A DNA stretch of 63,768 nucleotides, the filler included, from Octopus bimaculoides (taxonomy: Eukaryota), in NCBI RefSeq assembly GCF_001194135.2. It is 6 parts of 6 records of this genome, joined end to end, with 100 filler letters (N's around TTAATTAATTAA, not from the genome) between each part and the next. Parts side by side here need not be neighbours in the genome. Positions count along the whole stretch, not along the records: positions 1 to 26,974 come from NC_068984.1; positions 27,075 to 43,869 come from NC_068982.1; 4 more parts are not named here. The stretch is one strand, 5' to 3'. Positions 25,383-39,240 of this stretch are shown here, one piece after another. The position numbers were made by a program, and so were the translations under genes. The notes beneath the pieces are model-generated. The model made no database searches and had not been told where the DNA came from. It worked only from the letters and a program-made list of their open reading frames with translations. The number at the start of each line of letters is the position of its first letter. Within the stretch, counting starts at the first letter, position 1.

Positions 25383-25618
25383 CAAAAAAAATCCAAGGCT
25401 GTGAAAGATTTCAGAAAATTTACAAAGAGGTCTTACAGCTCTTTCCGGGATATTTTGTATATTCCTTCATCAGAGACGGTGCGAGAAAATGGTTAAGCAA
25501 TAGTTATTTTAGAGAAAACAACTATTACTTAACCATTTTCTCGCACCGTCTCTGACGAAGGGATAGATTAAGACCTCCTTATAAATGTTCTGAGATCTTT
25601 CTCAGCCTTCAATTTTCT
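25383..25618. repeat. Fold-back palindrome (4-nt loop AGAG at 25511-25514) of a pLTR-like sequence
   Basis: The arms are reverse complements with scattered mismatches. The right arm lacks about 20 nt present in the left arm. Confidence 0.93.
25430..25477 (-). ncRNA. Minimal type I hammerhead ribozyme motif (probably decayed)
   Basis: Minus strand: GUCU-CUGAUGA-A-GGAAUAU-acaaa-AUAUCCC-G-GAAA-G-AGCU-GUA-AGAC. Helix I is GUCU/AGAC. G replaces the expected C at 15.2. Confidence 0.65.
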
Positions 25619-25638
25619 ATCTCATTCTGTTAATTCTT

Positions 25639-25671
<33 letters not shown>

Positions 25672-26269
25672 CAACGAGTGAGAGAGAGGAGTTGGAGTGG
25701 TAAATAAAATATCGTGTCAAAATTGCAATGTTAATCGATCCACAACTAACGAGGGATTCAACGTGCGCGCGTTCGTTGTGTCTTTTCCGTCTTCTCCCCC
25801 AAATTGATTTGTTTTCACTCTGTGCCAACGTTTTCTTTAGCCACATACACTAAAACTCATATGAACACAATCACTCACTCACTCACTCACCCGTACACAC
25901 ACACAAACACACGCACATGTGTATACACGTGCTTTATTTGCGCGTCCTGTCAATATCATGTGCCTTTCTTTCTATAGTCATGGTAACGTGTCTTTTTCGA
26001 CTGTCAACTGTTTTTTCTGCTTTCTATTGAGCCAGTCACAACGCTGAGATATTAGAGAAAAATAGACTACTGGATCGACCGGTTTAATAACGACAATACT
26101 TTTGTCTATATATTTATGCATAAGTTATGTATCGTGCAAGCAATGATCTTCCTTTCGCACACGCACACTCACACACGAACATATAGAATATATGTGTGTG
26201 TGAGAGTATGTGTGTGCGTGTGTATGTATCTATATCTTCGTTATAAGTTCATAAGTCAGAAAAAGAGCA

Positions 26270-26730
26270 TACTCTATAAAAATAGAACAGTTGTTTATTT
26301 ATGTACGTGTCAAGTAATAGTTTTAGAGAAATGTCAGTGGTTTCAACAGGAGCAGCAGAAATAACAGTAACATCAATGCAATGCCAACACAAAGACACGC
26401 ACTAAAATTTATGTCGGATCTTGTAGATCCAAATTTAAAGTTCGCCTGAAAAATCACAGATCTTCTTTCAGGGTGCCGGAGGGACGCAACGCAACGACAC
26501 TCGCAGCATACGTATGGCGCCTAAAGGACGATCATACGCCCTTATCATCAGGTGGAAATTACTAGAAAATTGTGGACCCTTTCGCAATGGAACAAGACTA
26601 TGTAAATTGCGTATGACAGAAAAATATATAGTCCTTATGAACTCACATGAACCAGGAGGCTACTTGAACTCCAGGACGGAAGCCGTGGAGAGTTTTCCAA
26701 GCGAAGGAAGATAACTCGCCCGGCCATAAT
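26270..26730 (+). pseudogene. Penelope-like GIY-YIG endonuclease relic (second family)
   Basis: RTVVYLCT...KIYVGSCRSKFKVRLKNHRSSF...TTLAAYVWRLKD [frameshift] IIRWKLLE...NGTRLCKLRMTEKYIV...LNSRTE fits the PLE GIY-YIG pattern (YIG..FKxR..H..SF...TxLSxYIWxLK...CxLCxxEK...LNxRxE). Confidence 0.85.
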
Positions 26731-26918
26731 TTTTTAAGAGGAATATTTCTTCAACTTTCACCGGCGTTCTTGTGTTTTTAATAAATCATTTTTGGCAGAG
26801 AACAGTTATCGTTCAGAGAAACTGTAGATATGTCTAGTTCACGCAAGGATATGAAACCAATGGTATTTCTCTAATAATGTTACTTTACACAAATACACAC
26901 ACACACACACACGCACGC

Positions 26919-26974
<56 letters not shown>

Positions 26975-27018
26975 NNNNNNNNNNNNNNNNNNNNNNNNNN
27001 NNNNNNNNNNNNNNNNNN

Positions 27019-27030
27019 TTAATTAATTAA
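27019..27030. other. Artificial six-frame-stop linker TTAATTAATTAA in a 100-bp gap (also 43914, 54258, 56043, 62404)
   Basis: Each copy is identical and flanked by 44 N on both sides. Confidence 0.95.
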
Positions 27031-27074
27031 NNNNNNNNNNNNNNNNNNNNNNNNNNNNNNNNNNNNNNNNNNNN

Positions 27075-27454
27075 TCTGATGGCACGTTCTTTATAATTAC
27101 TTTGGTCACTCTCTGTCCAAGATAACTCGGTATCATCACCAAGTTATCTGTGCGGAGAGAGAGTGTCGAAAATTGCTTCTCTAAATTTTCATTTAGGAAG
27201 CACACCTGTACCGTGCCAAATTTACGTCCCCACGTGACATGCTCTTGATGAGCCCATACGGGCCTAAGGCATATGTCGATCTTTTCTGTGCTAAAATTTT
27301 CTGCACGTCTGGTTCTTGTGTTTACCAGTTTATAAATAATGCATTTTTTGTTTTTTTGTTGTATTATTTCTTTTGGTATATTTATTTTAACATCATCGCC
27401 TTCTTTCGTAAGAAGGGATTTTGTGTCTTTAATTTGTTGTTGTGTGAATGTCAC
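27075..27454 (-). mobile_element. Uninterrupted coding fragment, likely ORF1 of an L1/Tx1-like LINE
   Basis: About 126 codons open across the whole contig. ...FGTVQVCFLNE...LVMIPSYLGQRVTKVIIKNVP resembles the ORF1 of cephalopod Tx1-like elements as recalled. Confidence 0.5.
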
Positions 27455-28447
27455 NNNNNNNNNNNNNNNNNNNNNNNNNNNNNNNNNNNNNNNNNNNNNN
27501 NNNNNNNNNNNNNNNNNNNNNNNNNNNNNNNNNNNNNNNNNNNNNNNNNNNNNNNNNNNNNNNNNNNNNNNNNNNNNNNNNNNNNNNNNNNNNNNNNNNN
27601 NNNNNNNNNNNNNNNNNNNNNNNNNNNNNNNNNNNNNNNNNNNNNNNNNNNNNNNNNNNNNNNNNNNNNNNNNNNNNNNNNNNNNNNNNNNNNNNNNNNN
27701 NNNNNNNNNNNNNNNNNNNNNNNNNNNNNNNNNNNNNNNNNNNNNNNNNNNNNNNNNNNNNNNNNNNNNNNNNNNNNNNNNNNNNNNNNNNNNNNNNNNN
27801 NNNNNNNNNNNNNNNNNNNNNNNNNNNNNNNNNNNNNNNNNNNNNNNNNNNNNNNNNNNNNNNNNNNNNNNNNNNNNNNNNNNNNNNNNNNNNNNNNNNN
27901 NNNNNNNNNNNNNNNNNNNNNNNNNNNNNNNNNNNNNNNNNNNNNNNNNNNNNNNNNNNNNNNNNNNNNNNNNNNNNNNNNNNNNNNNNNNNNNNNNNNN
28001 NNNNNNNNNNNNNNNNNNNNNNNNNNNNNNNNNNNNNNNNNNNNNNNNNNNNNNNNNNNNNNNNNNNNNNNNNNNNNNNNNNNNNNNNNNNNNNNNNNNN
28101 NNNNNNNNNNNNNNNNNNNNNNNNNNNNNNNNNNNNNNNNNNNNNNNNNNNNNNNNNNNNNNNNNNNNNNNNNNNNNNNNNNNNNNNNNNNNNNNNNNNN
28201 NNNNNNNNNNNNNNNNNNNNNNNNNNNNNNNNNNNNNNNNNNNNNNNNNNNNNNNNNNNNNNNNNNNNNNNNNNNNNNNNNNNNNNNNNNNNNNNNNNNN
28301 NNNNNNNNNNNNNNNNNNNNNNNNNNNNNNNNNNNNNNNNNNNNNNNNNNNNNNNNNNNNNNNNNNNNNNNNNNNNNNNNNNNNNNNNNNNNNNNNNNNN
28401 NNNNNNNNNNNNNNNNNNNNNNNNNNNNNNNNNNNNNNNNNNNNNNN

Positions 28448-28448
<1 letters not shown>

Positions 28449-28509
<61 letters not shown>

Positions 28510-28620
28510 GGAGAGAGAGAGAGAAACGAAAGAGAAACAGAGAACGAAAGAGCGAGAGAGCGGCAGATAGAGTGAGGAGGACCGACAGAAACATAGAGAC
28601 AGAGACAGAGAGAGGAAGTC
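28449..28620. repeat. (GA)n and degenerate GA-rich repeat
   Basis: Direct reading. Confidence 0.95.
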
Positions 28621-29481
28621 GGGGAGGAGAGAGATTCTGTTCTATACAAGAAGACTGATGCCATTCTTCATAGAATATGAAGGTATTTAGTTTTTAGTTC
28701 TATCTTGATAACGTCCTTTTCCTCCCTGCGTCAACTTTGAATTTCTGCCCTTAAGAGGTCGATTCACTGTGCCCCATAGAAAGTGGTGTGGTCAATATTA
28801 TTGAGTAAACCCTTTAAAGAAAGCACTCCATCTTGGCGACCAATGAATGACTAAAGCCAGTCAATACATGGATGAAGGAAGATGAGAGTATTTCGGCCAT
28901 TTTTACAGCACTCCCTGTAATAAAAATCTATCTCTCTACTAATGTTTATGGACGAACATTGAACAGGTCATGCAACTCAAGCTTTCCTGATGCAATACAC
29001 ACAGACATTCACACACTCCTACACGCCGTACGCACACACACACACCACACACACACACACACGCACACTCACACCACACACACACTCACAACACACACAC
29101 ATCACATATATATATCCGTATGCATGTATGTATGTGTGTATGCATGTATGTATGTGTCTGTGTGCGTGTTTACGTATGTATGTATGTGTTTATGTATGTA
29201 TGTATGTATGTATGTATGTATGTATGTATTGATACGTATATGTACGTATGAGCAACTTCAAATTCATACAGATACACATGTATATGTATATATGCATGAG
29301 TGTGTATGTGAGATCGTGCTTATATGTCTTTAAATGTGTATCAGATTATTTTGAGGAGTGCGTGATGTGCATAGAATGTGTGTACATTTGCGCATGTATT
29401 TATGCATGTGTATGAATGTATAATATATATATAAGTGTGTGTGCATGTATAAGTGAGTGCATATGTGTGTTGTGCGTGAGC

Positions 29482-29520
<39 letters not shown>

Positions 29521-29740
29521 TAAGAGAGCGAGAGAGAGGGGAGAGAGAGAAAGAGAGAGGGAGAGATAAAAGAAATTAATAGGGAGTGAGGGTTTGAGAG
29601 AAAAAGAAAAAGACGACCAACGTAGAAGTCATCATTTCTCATCTTCATTCCTGTCGTTTATTTTATTTTCTATTTTATTTATTCATTTGTACATTTATTG
29701 ATTGATTGTTCGATTTCTGTATTGTTTTCTTAGCTTTTAC

Positions 29741-29798
<58 letters not shown>
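29741..29798. repeat. (ATT)n microsatellite running into a gap
   Basis: Direct reading. Confidence 0.95.
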
Positions 29799-30791
29799 NN
29801 NNNNNNNNNNNNNNNNNNNNNNNNNNNNNNNNNNNNNNNNNNNNNNNNNNNNNNNNNNNNNNNNNNNNNNNNNNNNNNNNNNNNNNNNNNNNNNNNNNNN
29901 NNNNNNNNNNNNNNNNNNNNNNNNNNNNNNNNNNNNNNNNNNNNNNNNNNNNNNNNNNNNNNNNNNNNNNNNNNNNNNNNNNNNNNNNNNNNNNNNNNNN
30001 NNNNNNNNNNNNNNNNNNNNNNNNNNNNNNNNNNNNNNNNNNNNNNNNNNNNNNNNNNNNNNNNNNNNNNNNNNNNNNNNNNNNNNNNNNNNNNNNNNNN
30101 NNNNNNNNNNNNNNNNNNNNNNNNNNNNNNNNNNNNNNNNNNNNNNNNNNNNNNNNNNNNNNNNNNNNNNNNNNNNNNNNNNNNNNNNNNNNNNNNNNNN
30201 NNNNNNNNNNNNNNNNNNNNNNNNNNNNNNNNNNNNNNNNNNNNNNNNNNNNNNNNNNNNNNNNNNNNNNNNNNNNNNNNNNNNNNNNNNNNNNNNNNNN
30301 NNNNNNNNNNAGTTGTTGTTGTTGTTGTGGTGGTGGTGGTAGTTTTACGGAGCCATAGTGATTGATGAAATATTGAAGTCTGGCAGACTTGAGATATTAT
30401 GTGTAGCGGAGTGTAATGGCGGGCTGCTGCTGCTGCTGCTGTTTTTTGTTGTTGTTGTTGTTGTTGTTGTTTAGTCCCCTCGTCAACTCTGATCGAACAG
30501 ACAATAAATATAATGTATAGACGTTCCAGTCATGACTATCTCCGCCGATTGACTATCTAACGCTATTGAATATCTAATATATTCAAGACTCCAATCAGAC
30601 AACATTATTCTATTCAATATTTTTTGTTTTAAGGCAGCTGACCGTGATATGTGGCTGATTTTACTGCTATTTCTAGCAGTCATGTAGTATAGTGTAGTGT
30701 TGGGTGCTAGAGCAGCAAGTGATATATTGCTGTACTCTAAGCCATTATACTCTACACTGACTATATTCTATTGTACATTACTGCATATCAA

Positions 30792-30876
30792 TGTACTTTC
30801 CAATACTGTACTTTCCAATACTGTACTTTCCAATACTGTACTTTCCAATACTGTACTTTCCAATACTGTACTTTCC
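30792..30876. repeat. Perfect 15-bp tandem repeat TGTACTTTCCAATAC x5.7
   Basis: Identical units. Confidence 0.95.
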
Positions 30877-31059
30877 TGTTGAGTACAAAGTGTACTAAAT
30901 AAGAGGTTGTATAGTTTTGATGTCCTCTAATTATGACAAGGTAGCGTTGTTTGGTATAATGTGTTATATACTTATATGTACTTGAACACATTCTGTGTTG
31001 CTAGTTTTATATGTGGTCATAGAGACGCTGGAATGGATGTCAACTGCTGAATCGAGAAG

Positions 31060-31545
31060 GCAACATGATGTATAAAATCCTGATTTCAAAATATTGCCCT
31101 CTACAACCCCATCGAACTCCCTGCTCTGCTATGCAGAAGCGAAATGTGTATGAAAACTTGGAAGTTCCCTAAAATATCAGATGTTTTTCACCAAAGTTAC
31201 TTCTAAAAATTCCTGGTAATTTCGTATCATGACAATATTAAAGCATCGTAACAAAGGCTCAAAGACAAGATAACATAGCATAAGAATGCAACTGACCGTT
31301 TACGTTCTGTGGTAACCAGATTATGGCTATGCAAGGACATAAAAGCATGATTGAGATGGACACTGAAAGAAGAATGAAGATATGGAACATCGAGGTCCAC
31401 ATGGCATCGAACATTTCACGAGTAAATGAAGACTATCAACAGACATTGGGAGAATATAGAACATAATAAACCATTGGGAACGCTCAAAGTGAAGTTTCAC
31501 CAGATCTGCAAACATGTGTAGCGGCGGAAAGGACTAAGTAACTGA
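31060..31545 (+). mobile_element. Degenerate RTE-clade LINE 3' region
   Basis: Frame-hopping remnants L(Y)NPI..PALLYA..; DVFHQSY..KIPGISYHD; GTSRSTWHRTF; ends with a GACTAAGTAA-like tail. Confidence 0.5.
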
Positions 31546-32342
31546 ATGCCAAATATTTTCCACAACGGAGTATAGTATCTTATAGCGTATTTGTTATGAT
31601 ATTGCAAACAAAATAGAGAATGTGGTTATCATGCTTTAGTAGCGCACCACCACCTTTCAAAGAGTAGCGTATCACAAAACAACCTATTCCAATGTTTTTC
31701 AAAAGGTTGACAAACAAACCAGCAAGCAAAAACATAAAAGCTTATTCTACGTTGTAGTTTCATTAAACATGGTTGCTACACTATTCAGTGAAGCGTGTGT
31801 CACATTTAAAGATGTTTGCATGGACTAGTGTCCTCTATGTTAAATTTTCTTTGCAAATTTCTAAAGAAAGCGAGAACTTCCATAATGAAATTATATTGAA
31901 CCTGGCACATCATCAATCAAGTATTTCGCTCACTGATAACACAATATCCTACTCATATTTAAATCTGAACAAAAGATTTTTTTAATGTGTTTAGAATATA
32001 AATATTGTATCTGATTTAAATATAATATTTCTCGAGAAAAAATCCCTGCTCCTCTAAATACCCAGCATCCCTCCCCCATAGCGTCTCCGTGGTACCTACC
32101 ACTCCCTTGTGAGCTCCTGTCGCCCCTAATTGTGCGCTTCTACCCAGTTTACGAACTATATGGTTCTTTACACTTCTGTAATTTAGATTTGTAGAAATGT
32201 AATATTTTTTAGAGGAGTGACTGAGGCAGCAAAAACAGGGTAAAATGAATGTGACTCTAGCTACGCAGAGAAAGAAACACGCATGCATACGCACACATAC
32301 TCATGACACATACACAAACAATCAAACACACCATACACATGC

Positions 32343-32451
32343 AAAATCACACATAAACACATACACATGAAAAATCACACATAAACACATACACATGAAA
32401 AATCACACATAAACGCATACACATGAAAAGTCACACATAAACACATACACA
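32343..32451. repeat. 28-bp tandem repeat AAAATCACACATAAACACATACACATGA x~3.9
   Basis: Direct reading. Confidence 0.9.
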
Positions 32452-33321
32452 CTATAGAATTCAACTAAAAGGGATAAAAATAAACTTTGAAAACTTTGTG
32501 TAAAAGAACAGTGAAATGATGAAAAAGAGTGGATGACTAATCTCTGTTGTACAGCAATGACAATTTTACGATGCATGTTCGATTCTGAGTTGAATGATGG
32601 GTCTTAACTCATGCATTGTACTTTTCTGACTGAATGAGACAATTGATATCCCTCAATGTCTTCATCATGTTTCTCAGAATGGTGGCTAAAAGTTTTCAAG
32701 AATGCAATAGTGTAGTTTCTAAAATGTTTGAAAGAGATGAAAGAGAGAGGAGAGAGAGAAGAGAAAAGGAGAGAAGAAACGAATGAAGAAACACAAAAAC
32801 GGCAAAATGAATGAAGTCATAAACAATTAAACAAAGGTAAAAACGGAAGGATGAAATAGAAGAAGGCGAAAAGGTAAAAATGAGGTGAAAGAAATATAAA
32901 TATATACATTATCTTATCCATAAATGCGTTCTACTATTTTATGTATACGTCTTTATCTGTTGTTAGGTAAGGAGATAGGTTAGGACAAGTGTCGTGTTTA
33001 TGACGCCCATTAAGGTAGAAACACGTGTCCATGATAGTCCACTTGTCTCCCTTTTCCTTAATGGCATGTTTATTTTGGAGAATTATTGATTCTTGATATC
33101 ATCTTCACTCCTCATATGGAGCTGGTGTTAATTGCTGTTTGTTAATTATGACACATCCTCAAGAAATGAAGATAATGTTAGTAAATCAAGAATTTATGTT
33201 GTATGGTATTTGATATACGAGTATTTGTCTATGTCCCTCAAATATATGCCAATAGCCGCTCTGTGTTATATGTATATATGTATGTATGCGTGTATGCATG
33301 TTTGTATGTGCTGATATAATA

Positions 33322-33358
<37 letters not shown>

Positions 33359-33659
33359 AAAGTAAATGGAAACCCGGAAATATTGAACGCATAGATTGAG
33401 AGAATAATATTAATATGCATCTGAAAATATCATTAAGGAAAATAAAGGAAGGAAAAATGAAAGCAAAGAAGGAAAGAAGTAAAGAGAAAATGAGAAAGGC
33501 AAGCGAAAACGTTAACAAATATAAATGAAGAAAATTTGGCTAAAATTCATGAAAGAGAGAAGAAATGAAAGATAGAAAAAAGTTATATGAATGAGTGAAT
33601 GAATGAAGAAGAAACACACATATATGAAGAATGAGTAGTTGAGGAATAACAGTGGGAAG

Positions 33660-33934
33660 AAAAATAAAAGATTTTACAGAGAGTAAAGGGTTTCAGAAAG
33701 TGAAAGCGAGTGAAAGGAGTAAGGGAGATGAAAAAAATTGTGAGAGAGAAAGAAAAATATGGTGGAAAGAGGAAATGAAAAAGAAGAGAAAGAAATTCGT
33801 AAGAGAATAAATGAAGTAGGAAACTTAATTGTAAAATGGGTGTATAAATANNNNNNNNNNNNNNNNNNNNNNNNNNNNNNNNNNNNNNNNNNNNNNNNNN
33901 NNNNNNNNNNNNNNNNNNNNNNNNNNNNNNNNNN

Positions 33935-33967
<33 letters not shown>

Positions 33968-33968
33968 T

Positions 33969-34063
<95 letters not shown>

Positions 34064-34159
34064 GAGAAAGAAAGAGAGACAGCGAGAAAGAAAGAGAGAG
34101 ACAGCGAGAAAGAAAGAGAGAGAGAAAAAGAGAGAATCCAAAAACACAGAGAGAGAGAA

Positions 34160-34198
<39 letters not shown>

Positions 34199-34957
34199 TA
34201 CGGAAAGAGAACGAAAGAGAAAAGATAAAAAGTACAAAAAGAAAAGGATAAAAAGAATGAAGAAAGGGAAGAATGAAATGAAAAATGGCCGCCCAACCGG
34301 AAGCAAATATAACACGTTGTCCATTGTCCCGAGAGAAATGACGCCCATTTCTTATTTACCTTCGCGCCATTTTGTAGTGGAGACTCTTCTGGGTCTGCAC
34401 ACATACCCTCAAGAGATATTTAATGGGTTTTCGACGTATTGTCACGTTCTAGCCTTAAGGGGCCGTACAAACACACACTTACACACACAAGCATCTTTAT
34501 AGACATGCGTCTACAAACACATATAAACACAGATGCACACAGATACACACACATACATACAAACACACGCAAACACACACACACAAACCACACACACACA
34601 CAAACCACACACACGCACACACAGATACACTCGCACAAATACACGTTGAAACACTAATATGCGATAACGCATACAAACTCAGGCGTGTGTACACACACAA
34701 ACACAAACTTACACGCGCACACACGCCTACACACGCTCACATATACAAAGCCTCACGCACACATAAATGCATATTGACACACTCATAAACATACTTTACC
34801 ACATTCAGACACACACATACACATATACAAAGACTTACACAAACGCTTATACACTAGTATACTCAATCGCACACATACTAACATGGGCACAAACACGCTG
34901 TTCACGCACGAATTTACAGACAAAAACATACACAAGTGCGAAGAAACAGACAAACGC

Positions 34958-34996
<39 letters not shown>

Positions 34997-35011
34997 TATA
35001 CACGCCAAGAA

Positions 35012-35042
<31 letters not shown>

Positions 35043-35273
35043 CACACACACGCAACAAACACCTATACAAAATATCAACACATCTATAGAAAAACAGGTA
35101 AATACACTCACATGCAAAAACAGACACAGTGATATGTGCAAACATCAGCAAACTTACAGTATACACTCGTATTCATAGCGGTACACATTCTAACACATAC
35201 ATACACTCCGGCCCACAAACTTCATAAGAACAGCCCACGCTCTCTCTCTCTCTCAGACACGCATACGTGCGCA

Positions 35274-35310
<37 letters not shown>

Positions 35311-35428
35311 TCTCATTCCCTCTTTCTCTTCTTATCTAGTGTATATTGATCTTTTAGCCTTTCTTGTACTTTCAGTTTTCACTCGTTGCTATGCCTAAGC
35401 ATACGTGCGTTTCTATCCCCAACTCTCC

Positions 35429-35487
<59 letters not shown>

Positions 35488-35520
35488 CCTATCTATCTAT
35501 CTATGTCTATACCTATCCAT
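33660..35520. repeat. Long low-complexity block: GA-rich, (TAGA)n, degenerate CA-rich, (CTAT)n
   Basis: Direct reading. It accounts for the HT/CV/IYLS ORFs. Confidence 0.9.
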
Positions 35521-35793
35521 ATCTATATATTTGTATGTAGATATATATAAACACCTACATACTTATACATGTATACACATTGAATTTTTATACATAGACA
35601 TTCATTAATTGTAGCGATGGAGTTTTACTTTATTTTATTTATTCGTTTATTTTTGGATTAAAAACCCAGCTCCTTCTTTGTAGGAAGAATTGCGATAAAT
35701 AATTAAAAAAAAGATTCACATACATGCGCGTGCGCATGCACATATGTATAGACGTATCATTAGATATCTTTTAAACACATTCACTCACACAAA

Positions 35794-35839
<46 letters not shown>

Positions 35840-36559
35840 ACAACCTGTCTATCAACCTATCTGTCTCTTTACCTGACTGTATGTATGTATGTATGTATGT
35901 ATGATGTCTAACGATCAATATACACGCGCGGACACACACGTATATATGCATATATACATGCATATGTATATGTATATAATATGTGTGTGTGAGAGAGAGA
36001 GAGAGAGAGTGTGTATGTGTATATGCATATATANNNNNNNNNNNNNNNNNNNNNNNNNNNNNNNNNNNNNNNNNNNNNNNNNNNNNNNNNNNNNNNNNNN
36101 NNNNNNNNNNNNNNNNNNNNNNNNNNNNNNNNNNNNNNNNNNNNNNNNNNNNNNNNNNNNNNNATATATATATATATATATATATATATAACTCATTCTG
36201 CATCTAAACTCTTTGATGCACGTAATATTTAAAAGACAACCCTATGTTCATTTATTGAGCTTTTTCCAAAATTTGTAAGTAACACTTGATTCTTGGTGGT
36301 GAGTCAAAAATGAAACTTACAAAGACTATGTTGTGTGCAATTTTTCAAGTTTCCCTCTCTCATTATGAAGTAAATGGCAGTGATAAACGTCATATAACGA
36401 CTTGAAAGCTAGGAAATGATTTAAGACTACTTACTGGGCAGCAACAAGTAGTGATAGTGTGTTGTGTCTTGGGCAAATTGTGAAAAAGTTTTATTTTCTT
36501 CGTATTTTATTCAAGACTGATGTAGGTTGCAAGTTAATACCTGATGGGGCAGATGTGTG

Positions 36560-37010
36560 TAGGAAGGACATTTAAAACGTTGCAGAATTGAATAGAAAGT
36601 ATATAACAAAGTATTTAGTGCAAGACTTCGTGTGATGGGACAAACTAGAGATGACACATTGACGGAATTTTTGTGAATTCTGTGGTCTTGGGTTGGGAGT
36701 CGTGCTGTTTGTTAACTCATTGGAGGAATTTGCTATGTAGACGAGGCATAAGAGGCCGATAGTTGAAGCAACGTCTGAGAGTGGCAGTGCTGTCAGCGAT
36801 CATTGCTAATCTGCTTGATTTCCTCCATTTCAGTACGATTCAAACATTTGTGTAGTATATAACAAGTGGGCCGTTCCATCAAATGAACAATGCTCCTGCA
36901 TGGGGGTCATCCGAACCTTCCAGAAAATCAGCAAGCGTTACGAGTTGGTGTATTTTCTGATTCCTAAAAATGAAAGCTACTCTTTCGGATGTGAGACCGC
37001 CACGAAATCT
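36560..37010 (-). mobile_element. Possible very old LINE APE-endonuclease relic
   Basis: LFVMGDF motif followed by HLMERPTC (cf. GDFN...QLVxxPT). Otherwise scrambled. Confidence 0.3.
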
Positions 37011-37117
37011 CCCATCACAAATAACGGATGACGTTTTAGTCATCCCACAAACACCTTCAGCTTACACTTGATATTCATTTTATCGCCCTTGAACACACAC
37101 GCACATACATACACACG

Positions 37118-37212
<95 letters not shown>

Positions 37213-38798
37213 TATATGCATCCATGTATATATGTACAATTACAAAAAGGTGTGTCTGTGAGACAAAGGAGCACACGGAAAATTCACACACAAGACGTGG
37301 ATATGCTCTTCCCTCGTCAGTTATCGTCCAAAGTGTGTAACAGCTTCGCACCTTTAACGATAACTTTGGTACTTTTGGTGGTGTTACTAGCAAAAACTGC
37401 TGGAAATAACTGAAAGGCAGTTATGAAAACAAGCAAACAACACAAGTAGTTGGTATATATATATATATACACACATACAAATAAATGCCTTTCATCTATA
37501 AGACAGCATTAAGACAAAACTTGTGTAGAAGTAACGGTAATGGAAATGACGTCCTATAGGACTTGAAAAGGAAAGTAGAGAGGCAAAAAAAAGCAGAAAG
37601 AAATGAGGAAGGATACAAGAAATAGACAGGAAAATAGAACGAAAGGTGGAAAATGGGACGAGCTCTGAGCTGGAAATAATTTTAAAGGCGAGTGCCCAAG
37701 AGGAGAATGACTAAACAGGTCAGAGGTCAAGCATGAAAAGGAAGGCTGAAAGGAGAAATGAGATGGTCACATAGTAACATAGTACAGAAAAAAAGGAAGA
37801 GAGAGGGAAAAATAGGTAGTGAAGGGTAGAGAAAAAAAGCCGCTTAGGCATTGCAATACTAATAATTTGATGTAGAACTCAATATACGTATGCTTCATTT
37901 CTGATGAAACTGTACGGATTTGGATTCCACCACAATTTGATCTCACAATGTAAAATTAAGAACTGAAATACTATTTGGTGTTTATACGGACACTAAATCT
38001 TTGTTTTCATATTTTCGTCAGTTTGTATGCTAGGGGCGGGATGGTTCACAATCGTTTCTCTTACATAATTAAACTATAGTGTTGTCTCTCTATGTTGCTA
38101 TCATCATTGTAGTGGACGCAACAGCTGCTGCTATTGTTGTTGTTATTGTTGTTGCTGTTGTTGTTGTTGTTGTCGTTGCTGTTGAGTAACTGCGGCTATC
38201 TGCGATCAAACAGAATTATAGAACAAAATTATTCAATGAAACGGAATTATTGAACAGCAATCATGGGAGCAAATTTCGGGTTTCGCACCTCGAATATTCT
38301 ATACATAAGGAAGCATTAAAGACTCAACGCCTCAACTCGCTAGCCAATCGGTTATTAACACAATCATCCACGACTCTAATACTTCTGCATAGTTGATCTA
38401 CCTGTTCAGTGTTTTACAATCAAGTCTTCCTCATCTCTGAAAGTACTACCCGTTGCCTTAAAAATGAAAATCCTGTAGTTCAAGATACTTTAAAACTAAA
38501 AGGAAATAATTATAGCAATGAAATAATCATTGTTTGAGAGAGTAGGAGTTATTTTGTGTAAAACAGGAGTGAACGTTACATTCTATTGTGCAACTAAATC
38601 GAAAAGAGTCCATTGAATTGGTGAATTGCAGCATATTTTGTTTTAGCAAAATTGCAAAATTATACTGTAGTACATTGTTATGGTCATTGTATGGGTATGA
38701 TACTGTATTCCACTGAATTATTTCGCCTTAAGTCATATTTACCAGCCTGTCTGTCTGTCTGTCTATCTGTCTATCTTACTTTCTCTCTCTCTCACTCT

Positions 38799-38851
<53 letters not shown>

Positions 38852-38885
38852 ACTCTCTTCCTTCTCTCTTTACATTTTATTGGGT

Positions 38886-39240
38886 AGCACTCCGTCGTTT
38901 ACGACGACGTGGGTACACAGTTGATCTGATCAACGGAACAGCTTGCTCATGAAATTAACGTGCAAGTGGCTGAGCACTCCACAGACACGTGTACAATTAA
39001 CATAGTTCTCGGAGAGATTCAGCATGACACAAAGTGTGATAAGGCTGGCCCTTTGAAATACAAAAACAGGAAGAAAGTGTGAGAGAAAGTTATGATGAAA
39101 GGGTACAGCAGGGTTCACCACCAGCCCCTGCCGGAGCCTCGTGGAGCTTTAGGTGTTTTCGCTCAATAAACACTCACAACGCCCGGTTTAGGAATCGAAA
39201 CCGTGAGTCCGCTGCTCTAACCAGTGGGCCATTGTGCCTC
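38886..39240 (-). mobile_element. SINE family D, near full length
   Basis: Head GAGGCACAATGGCCCACTGGTTAG (reverse), tail GTCGTAAACGACGGAGTGC (reverse). Confidence 0.9.

Noticed and set aside
5280-32451. Short tandem repeats (14, 15, 15 and 28 bp periods) as possible CRISPR arrays
   Set aside because: There are no unique spacers or cas genes, and the context is eukaryotic.
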